NCBI GenBank assembly: GCA_951406725.2
Contig: OX597814.1
Span: 197,160,001-197,224,000 of the forward strand
Direction: 5' to 3'
Source of the DNA: Octopus vulgaris
Taxonomy: Eukaryota
DNA length: 64,000 nucleotides
Below the pieces are notes generated by a model, which worked only from the letters and a program-made list of their open reading frames with translations, made no database searches and had not been told where the DNA came from. Made by a program: the position numbers and the translations under genes. Every line of letters begins with the position of its first letter. Position 1 is the stretch's first letter. Positions 54,934-64,000 of the stretch are shown in pieces.

Positions 54934-55323
54934 TTTTGGAAGCACTCCGTCGGTTACGACGATGACGGTTCCGGTTGATCAGAATCAACGGAACAGCCTG
55001 CTCGTGAAATTAACGTGTAAGTGGCTGAGCACTCCACAGACACGTGCACCCTTAACGTAGTTCTCGGGGATATTCAGCGTGACACAGAGAGTGACAAGGC
55101 CGGCCCTTTGAAATACAAGTACAACAGAAACAGGAAGTAAGAGTGAGAGAAAGTTGTGGTGAAAGAGTACAGCAGGGATCACCACCATCCCCTGCCGGAG
55201 CCTCGTGGAGCTTTTTAGGTGTTTCGCTCAATAAACACTCAAAACGCCCGGTCTGGGAATCGAAACCGTGATCCTATGACCGCGAGTCCGCTGCCCTAAC
55301 CACTGGGCCATTGCGCCTCCACA
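54934..55323 (-). mobile_element. SINE family A, full length
   Basis: 10-bp TSD ATACTGAATC at 54924-54933 and 55324-55333. Confidence 0.93.
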
Positions 55324-55713
55324 ATACTGAATCACCGTAGTAATAATCACAGAACATTTTCTTTTTCTTTTTCTTTTCGGAAAGTTTATTAACATTCGTT
55401 GCAATGCATTTTCTGCAACATTTTTAGTTATATTACGTTTATAACTACTTAATTACCACTCGGAAGTAACGAGGTATCATTATTGAATAGTTATATTATA
55501 GGTCTATTACATTCTAATTCTATTAACGCTTATCTCCATTAATATACATAATTCGTCTTCCTTTCCAAATGGGTTTTCCGAAACGTAAAGAGATAAAACT
55601 AAGTGTTTACACGCACGCACACACAAACACACACACACACACACTCACTTGCTCACTCGCACATGTGTGTATATATATGTGTGTATATATATATATGTAT
55701 GTATGTATATATA

Positions 55714-55907
55714 GTTCAGATTTATAGAAAAACAAATACGGAGGCTGGTGTAGGCGTAACAAGCAAGTGTATTAGTTTGACGCTCGGGAATAAAAATGGA
55801 AAAGTCTTTTATGTTTCGAGCCTACGCTCTTCGACAGAAAGGAATAAGAGGAAATAAATACAGAGAAAGACGAAAAAGTGTTGAGTTTCGTGGTCCAACA
55901 TGACGAA
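55714..55907 (-). mobile_element. About 195-bp short element with degenerate hammerhead motif
   Basis: Minus strand 55841-55806: cttt-CTGTCGA-a-gagc-gtag-gctc-GAAACATA-aaag. Shares 'ttcc.gagcg' with the 14.3-14.8 kb elements. Microsatellites on both sides. Confidence 0.55.
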
Positions 55908-56447
55908 TATGTGTGTGTGTATGTGTGTGTGTATGTGTGTATGTGTGTGTATGTGTGTGTGTGTGAAATGGTTGTGTGTACATAGTGATGTAAACAATGT
56001 TATGTTATAATGACTTATTCAATAACAATGAAACCTAATGGACAGTAATGCAGCGCAGTGGGGCCCCAGCGGGATAAGCTAAGCATCAGTCAAGGGAATC
56101 ACAAATACATTGTAAGATCAATACCACAATGCTATTGATCGGGATCCAGTAATCTCTTTGTTCTTTATTTAAGTTCTAGTTTAAGTTCATATTAAGTAAT
56201 AACCCATGATATTCTGCTGTAATCAAGACCTACCAGGATTATTAGTGTTGCCACAGATCCGCTACAGTACCACAGGGGAAATATGGGCCTTAATCAACAA
56301 TGCAGATCGCATTCAATTTAAACAAATCTAACTTGAGAAAACCTAACCTACGCTCAGCCGATTGTTCACGATATGTGTTAAAAGCCTTAAAGCTTTTAAC
56401 ACGGATTTGATTTTTTAAATGGGTGAAAAGCGTACAGATTACTTATA

Positions 56448-56964
56448 TATATCTTTACTACCCACAAGGTACTGGTACTTAATTTATCTAACCTAAAAAG
56501 ATGACAGGCAAAGTCGACTTCGGAAGAATTTGAACTCAGATCGTAAAGACAGGTGAAATAGCGCTAACATTTCTTATTTCTTTATTGCCCACAAGGGGCT
56601 AAACATAGAGGGGACAAACAAGGGGATTAAGTCAATTACGTCAACCCCAGTGCGTAACTGGTACTTAATTTATCGACCCCGAAAGGATGAAAGGCAGAAT
56701 TCAAACTCAGAACGTAACGGCAGACGAAATACCTATTTCTTTACTACCCACAAGGGGCTAAACACAGAGAGGACGAACAAGGACAGACAAACGGATTAAG
56801 TCGATTACATCGACCCCAGTGCGTAACTGGTACTTAATTTATCGATACCGAAAGGATGAACGGCAAAGTCGACCTCGGCGGAATTTGAACTCGGAACGTA
56901 ACGACGGACGAAATACGGCTACGCATTTCGCCCGGCGTGCTAACGTTTTTGTCAGCTCGCCGCC
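56448..56964 (-). mobile_element. SINE family B trimer
   Basis: Perfect 18-bp TSD GCGTACAGATTACTTATA at 56430-56447 and 56965-56982. Confidence 0.93.
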
Positions 56965-57184
56965 GCGTACAGATTACTTATAGGTATATGATTTTCTATT
57001 TGTTGCTCGTATTCAAGTCACAGTGCGGAACGAAGTACATGACGTACAGGCGCAGCTTCGTTTCTTTCGATTTGGACACGCTGTCTTTAGTAAAGTGTGA
57101 TAGTTCCATTCACGTGGTAAAGGGCATGGAACCCGGGAGTCCCTTGGATGCACCAAGGAAATTATGCTAACTAAATGTAATATA

Positions 57185-57416
57185 TATTTCTTTAATACCC
57201 ACAAAGGGCTAAACACAGAAGGGACAAACAAGGACAAACAAACGGATTAAGTCGATTATATCAACCCCAGTGCATAACTGGTACTTAATTTATCGATACC
57301 GAAAGGGTGAAAGGCAAAGTCGACCTCGGCGGAATTTGAACTCAGAACGTAACGACGGACGAAATACGGCTACGCATTTCGCCTGGCGTGCTAACGTTTC
57401 TGCCTGCTCGCCGCCT
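57185..57416 (-). mobile_element. SINE family B monomer
   Basis: Full match to 1801-2031. Confidence 0.9.
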
Positions 57417-58462
57417 ATAATTTTTAATCCAGTTGGTTGGGTTGCAGCACGTCTGGACGACACTGCTTTAAACTTCGCCATGTTTGGACGTGCTTTTGTT
57501 TTAGTCACTAAAACTGACCCGTCCTCGACGTTCATTGTTCCAAGGAATTAGATTAGTAATACATCTGGTAGAAAACCCAAACCGCATCTGTTTCTGAATC
57601 TCCAGGGTTAACATTTCGCTACAGTTTTTACTGAATAATGACAAAGAATTAAAGTTTCAGTGGATCTGAAAACAGATGTGAGTAACCCGATTAGTGGCAT
57701 CATATCTTTGTTTGTTTCTATCTTTTTAACACAAGACCGAGCCTAATCGACTAGACTTATGATTAAATGCATACCTTATACAATATCTTCCCCTTTAAGA
57801 TGGGTGGGGAATCGGAATGAGTTGGCTGCTATTTCTAGCATTTTGAATAATCATTAGGTGGTAATTCATTGCCTATTGATGGCGTAGAATAGGAGGATGA
57901 AGACTAATAGTCTGGAGTCAAGCTGAAAAAGTTATCTATCAAAGTAAATATTTTAGTAATAGCAACATTCATTTCAATTTTTTTTCTTGATCACTTCCTC
58001 TAAGTTGCACACATACCTTTACATTATTAAAGAGTTTACTTGCCTTAGCAAGAGATAAATCTCTCCATTTAACATGATCGATCTTACTAGAATATACATT
58101 AACCGAAGGAAGGTATTATTGTGTATTGATGCTGTATTGGAAACCTTGAATGACTTTAATGAAAGTGAGTTTATAGTTAAAAGAACCGTATTAAATAAAT
58201 AAAAAAGAGAACTGTAAAGCTACCATACATTCAGATAGCGAGATGTCGGCACAGTCAAGTAAAACAAACTACGCTAGTCTTCAGAAGTTATTCACATCGC
58301 TTTATAAAGAAGAATATCTAGCCAGTTTGGAGCTGGCGTATTTTATTCAACTGTTTGAACATATTGGAGACGATTGCCTCGATTTAATTTGGTATTTCCA
58401 AACAAAAATAGATTCCGATGGTGGGGAGATTGCCAGAGTGGTTACAACCTCGATAGAATACC

Positions 58463-58693
58463 TATTTATTTACTACCCACAAGGGGCTAAACACAGAGGG
58501 GACAAACAAGGACAGTCAAACGGATTAAGTCGATTACATCGACCCCAGTGCGTAACTGGTACTTAATTTATCGACCCCGAAAGGATGAAAAACAAAGTCG
58601 ACCTCGGCGGAATTTGAACTCAGAACGTAACGGCAGACAAAATACGTCTACGATTTCGCCCGGCGTGCTAACGTTTCTGCCAGCTCGCCGCCT
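58463..58693 (-). mobile_element. SINE family B monomer
   Basis: Full match. Flanking repeat aacctcga(a)tagaatacc at about 58446 and 58713. Confidence 0.9.
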
Positions 58694-58975
58694 TAATTAG
58701 AATAGAATTAGAACCTCGAATAGAATACCACGCAGTATTTATTCTCACATTTGCAGTTCTAGTTTGAAATCCTGCCCGGTTCAACTTTGCCTTTCACCCA
58801 TTTGGGCGCAATGAAGTTGTACAAATGAAACATGCGGGACTGGTTGCTTTGTAAGGATGTTGAACCGGATACCTTTTGGCATTGGCTCCGGATCTTCGCG
58901 TTCTGAGTTCAAATCTCACCTCTTTGGTTGATAATCTTAGTTCAATATCTTCACCTGATTTTTAAATTTCTTTAG

Positions 58976-59361
58976 TAGGAGTGACTGTGTGGTAAGTATC
59001 TTGCTTACGAACCACATGGCTCTGGGTTCAGTCCCACTGAGTAGCACTTTGGGCAAGTGTATTCTACTATAGCCTCGGGCCGACCAAAGCCTTGAGAGTG
59101 GCTTTGGTAGATGGAAACTGAAAGAAGCCTGTCGTATATATGTATATGTGTGTGTGTTTGTGTATATGTGTTTGTCCCCTCAACCTCGCTTAACAACCGA
59201 TGCTGGTGTGTTTACGTACCCGTAACTTAGCGGTTCGGCAAAAAGAGATCGATAGAATAAGTACTAGTCTTACAAAGAATAAATCCTGGGGTCGATTTGC
59301 TCGACTAAAAGGCGGTGCTCCAGCATAGCTACAGTCAAATGACTGAAACAAGTAAAAGAGT
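58976..59361 (+). mobile_element. SINE family C
   Basis: Full-length match. Confidence 0.9.
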
Positions 59362-61014
59362 GTCCCCTTTTTTGAAGGCGTTTGAGACGGGTCTCTCAGT
59401 TGAGGAAACCTTATTCACTTGCTCCGACTAACCTTGGAGGTTCTTTGAAATTTTATGGAGACATTCATCCTTCTTGACTAAAAGAAGATAAATATCTGTT
59501 GAATTATTCTATTTCTAATAAATCACTAGTAATCAGGTGACATACTGCTTTAATTACTAAAATCACACTGAAGAGAAACGGCAACTATATTTAGCGATAT
59601 ATAGTACATTTATTATTTATTGGGTAATACATCATATGAGGTGGCCTTGATCCTGTTTACAGTCTTATTGAGTAATTAATTAACGAATCCGTATAATGAC
59701 CACATTACTTTTAGAATACCTTCCTTGCGGTATATTTTCGTATGGGAGAGAATAGATAACAGGTTCCCGATGGATACACCGAGAAAATAAGTAGTAGACT
59801 ATCTGGAAATAATTTGAAAACTGCATAACTCTTCGATGATGTCGATCATGCTGATGAATATTGGTGTATGTTGTTTGACGATAAGAACGCACGCCAGTAA
59901 ATTTCCTAGAGGTTGTTTTATCTATTTCTAAAGTCAACCATCTTTATTCATGTTTATTCTCTACTCAACCTCTTAGCCAAGTTAGTTTCGTTCGATTTTT
60001 CCTTGTTAAAATATCCCGAGCTACACTTATTGTTTTAGTTTCTTTTTAAAAATTTCTATTTAAATCATTTTATTCTTAAAAGAAATTAGTTTTTCTTTGT
60101 AATCTAATTTTCACATGGAGCTGCTTTTATTTCGAAATCGATTAAAACGTTAACCCCCGAGGGAAGCAATCCCAAGATGATTCCTTTCAGCAGAAAACTG
60201 TGAAAATTTGTTTGATCACTTATTTTATTATTATCATTATAATTATTGTTATTATTATTATTATTATTGTTATTATTATCATTATCATTATTTATTTTTG
60301 TTATTTTTCATCAAGTTGATTAAAGATTTCGTAGCAACTGATGCAATTTTTAAACTTTATTCTAAATCACATCGATAACATTATAACATAAATGTTATTC
60401 ACTTTTCAAATATAACCTTTTGTTACTTTATATCGCACTGAGCTTTCATTGTGTGTCTCTATTCATATATTTCCTTTTAGAAACTGTCAATATGTCAAAA
60501 CCAGGAATATAAAAATTGTTATTTTATATCGGTATTCGAGAAACGCAAGATTCCGATACAGGATTCCACGAAGATCTACTGTATCACCTGTCTATTTTCT
60601 CTCTTCACACGTTTATAGAGCAATTGTTCATTTGTTCTTCGTCTTTTGTTTGATCCACTGTTTATTTTTTAAAGAAAAATTTATTTAATTATTTACTTAT
60701 TTAATTATAATTTATCTTCTTTCCGAATTGTATTTGTGTCTACATGAGTTCAAATATAATTTCAACATGCAGTTAGGACTATTGGGAAGTAAACTGCGCT
60801 GGAATCGAAATATGTGATTTTACTGAGAATATTTTAGTTTGATGCTATGAAAGGAAAAGAAAAATACATGAATAATGATGATAATAATAATAATAATAAT
60901 AATGATAATAATAATAATAATGTCAAAGAGGAGATATATCACTTAGTGATTCGTAAATATTAAGAAATATATAGCTGAGTGTGTGTGTATGCTTATATAT
61001 ATATATATATATAT

Positions 61015-61408
61015 ACTCTTTTACTTGTTTGAGTCATGTTACTGCGGCCATGCTGGAGCACCGCCTTTAGTCGAGCAAATCGACCCCAGGACTTATTATT
61101 TGGAAGATTAGTACTTATTCTATCGGTTTCTTTTGCCGAACCGCTAAGTTACGAGTACGTAAACATACCAGCATCGGTTGTCAAGCGATTTTGGGGGGAC
61201 AAACACAGACACACAAACACAAACATACATATACATATATATATACGACGGGCTTCCTTCAGTTTCCGTCTACCAAATCCACTCACAAGGCTTTGGTCGC
61301 CCCGAGGCTATAGTAGAAGACGCTTGCCCAAGGTGCTACGCGGTGGGTCTGAACCCAGAACCATGTGGTTGGTAAGCAAGCTACTTACCACACAGCCACT
61401 GCTGCGCC
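61015..61408 (-). mobile_element. SINE family C
   Basis: Full-length match. Confidence 0.92.
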
Positions 61409-62657
61409 TATCTATATATTTCCAAAGTGAGGGAGTGGATCAGGTAAAATTTAGGCAACAAATGTTTGCTACGAAGCATATCCTCTAATGTAATTACTCA
61501 ATGAGGATTAATCACCTAGCTACTCATCAGGACGAAGATAGCTTAATTATATGAAGATCACATTGTCGTCAGGAATCCAAAGTTTCACTCACCGAAAATA
61601 CAGGGTATGGTAGAAAGGTTGCCCTGATTTAATTCGACATTTTCTGTGTTGACGTGTTTTCCAAGTCTCAAGCTCACTGAGCAGAGTGGAGATTTCGTGA
61701 ATTAGAAACTCGAAAACTTTCGTTTTTAGTGTCAGCTTATGGTTTTAAAGACTTAATATGAAAGATGATCGATCAACTACAAGACACCATCGAAGATGGC
61801 TTCTCGTATATACTTGATTAATGCATTTTCGAAAGGTCATGACATGGACAAAATGACGATAAATAAAAGACGTTTTTTTTTTTATCTTTGTATCACATTT
61901 CCTTCTTTGGTACATATTTACGCACACTTGCATACATACACACATATTATTATGTATATGAGCGTATGTTTGTTACCCTATTTATACTTACTAATGAATA
62001 GTTGAGTCGAATTCCAATCCTTTTTCACAAAACCGGCACATTATTATTCCAGGATCAATCAACATCTGCCCTGATTTATAGGCTACATAATCAATGCAAC
62101 CTCTAATCAATATTTTCTTTAATCAATAATTACACTCATCAATATGTCTCCCTGTCCCCAGATTCGATAAGCCCTTTAATCAATCTGTCCTCTAATATAT
62201 ATTGACTGCGGGTATTTTTTCCCTCTATTTGCATATTAAAGCGTTCAAAGGTTGTGTCTGTTGTAACTTGTCGATCTGCTCTTCAAATTGGGGCTTTTAT
62301 AAGGAAACCTTCAGCTAAGGAGTAATTAAACGCAATAATATTATAACTAACGTGATTTGGGCAGTAATTTAATTCCTTAGCGGTAACGGAATTATTATTC
62401 ATATCTTATTAAATGGTCTCGGAGACTGATCGTAATGATGATCTTATTCTCAAAACCGGAAGCCTGTCCTGAAAGCTTGCAACTGCGGTGCTTCCGTTAA
62501 GTGACTCAAGTACAAGGAGCTGATATTAAACATGTTATTGGGGTGTAGCAGAAAAAGTTAGATCAACAGTTAAATGTATTAAAGTATTTAGTTATTATTC
62601 TCTACTTTAAATCATATTTCAAACTTTCTTTTCAATGTATTTGCCCATCTTTATGCT

Positions 62658-62890
62658 TATTTCTTTATTGCCCATAAGGGGCTAAACATAGAGGGGACAA
62701 ACAAGGACAGACAAACGGATTAAGTCGATTACATCGACCCCATTGTGTAACTAGTACTTAATCTATCGACCCCGAAAGGAATGAAAGGTAAAGTTGACAT
62801 CAGCGGAATTTGAACTCAGAACGTAACGGAAGATGAAATACCGCTATGCATTTCGCCCGGCGTGCTAACGTTTCTGCCAGCTCGCCGCCT
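62658..62890 (-). mobile_element. SINE family B monomer
   Basis: TSD tattt(g/t)cccatctt at about 62638 and 62891. Confidence 0.9.
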
Positions 62891-63068
62891 TATTTTCCCA
62901 TCTTTTTTCTTACTGAGTAGATAAGCACAAGAAATAGTAAATTGTATCAAGTCACTCCCTACTCAGAATATGAAACATTTTTGTTGTGTTAGGAATAGAA
63001 TATGCCTCGTTGTAATGGAAACTGTCATTCGATGGTGGCGAAACAAGTAAAATTATACTTTATACACA

Positions 63069-63548
63069 CGGCATGGCTTTGTGGTAAGAGGTTCGCTTCC
63101 AAACCACATGGTTCCGAGGTCAGTGCAATTGCGTAGCACCCTAAAGAAGCGTCTTCTACTATAGCCTCGGGCAGACCAAAGCCTTGAATGGATTTGGTGG
63201 ACGGAAACTGGGAGATGACCGTCGTACTCACGCACACACACACATACCTACACACATATGTATGTATATATGTGTATATCTGTATGTACGTGTTTGTGTG
63301 TGTTTGTGCGTACCTGTCTTTTTGTCTGATTGTCCACCGCCATTTAATAACTGCTACTGGTGTGTTTACGTCCCCGTATCTTAGCGGTTCGGCAAAAGAG
63401 ACCGATAGAATAAATACCAGGCTTTCCAAATGAATAACAGTAATAAGAACTGGGGTCAATTCGTTCAACTAAAGTTCTTCAATGAGGTGCCCCATTATAG
63501 CCGCACTCTAAACAATTAAAAGACTGAAACACTTAAAAGATGAAAAGA
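63069..63548 (+). mobile_element. SINE family C, diverged
   Basis: Head, internal microsatellite and tail recognisable. Confidence 0.82.
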
Positions 63549-64000
63549 AAAAAACCATATAAGAAATATATAAAAAATAAGTTCATGGCTCTCTTTATTG
63601 TGAGTCAAACACTAGTAAATATATACAAATTCCCTTCTTCGCATATATTTGGTTCAGAGCTTCTGAAATTAAGAATTATGGTCGCCATTATTTCGACTTG
63701 ATGACGCTAAGTTAAGATTAATTCATTATCCGAGAGGACGCAGATTTGAAGGCTTGACTTTAAAGAGGCAGCAAAAATGTGAAAGGTGATTAACAAGTGA
63801 CTTCCTATATTTGATGTATGTTTGATGAAACGTTTAACAACTATAATTACACGTAAATTTAATACCAAATAACAGATTTCCTATCGCTCATTACAACGTA
63901 TCGCCTTTACTATTATGTGTAATGCATCAGTAATGTGTCATCAACGTTTAACTATGAATTGCTCTACTGACTTCTAATTAATGTGTGCGTTGCCTATACT

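Noticed and set aside
58243-58566. 107-aa ORF
   Set aside because: The C-terminal third is SINE B and the remainder has no recognisable motif.

Overview
AT-rich eukaryotic (animal) DNA, intronic or intergenic, with no credible intact protein-coding gene. Nearly all listed ORFs are translated microsatellites or SINEs. The repeat repertoire looks like an octopus/cephalopod genome (inference from recognition, not verified). Contents: (1) four or five tRNA-derived SINE families, many with target-site duplications (TSDs), including a trimeric form that inserted as one unit; (2) DNA transposon relics: an internally deleted mariner, mariner-type MITEs, a TTAA piggyBac-type MITE, a TA-flanked MITE and non-autonomous Helitrons; (3) 3' fragments of R4/Dong-like non-LTR retrotransposons associated with (TAA)n and (TACA)n tracts; (4) extensive micro- and minisatellites. 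The most interesting signal is a set of short non-coding elements sitting in (TA)n tracts. Most are built as long inverted repeats, and most carry type I hammerhead ribozyme motifs with palindromic stem III (13.6, 14.3-14.8, 26.2, 27.0, 43.3, 50.0 and 55.7 kb). They most likely represent Penelope-like pLTR or retrozyme-type elements. All alignments and counts were done by eye.
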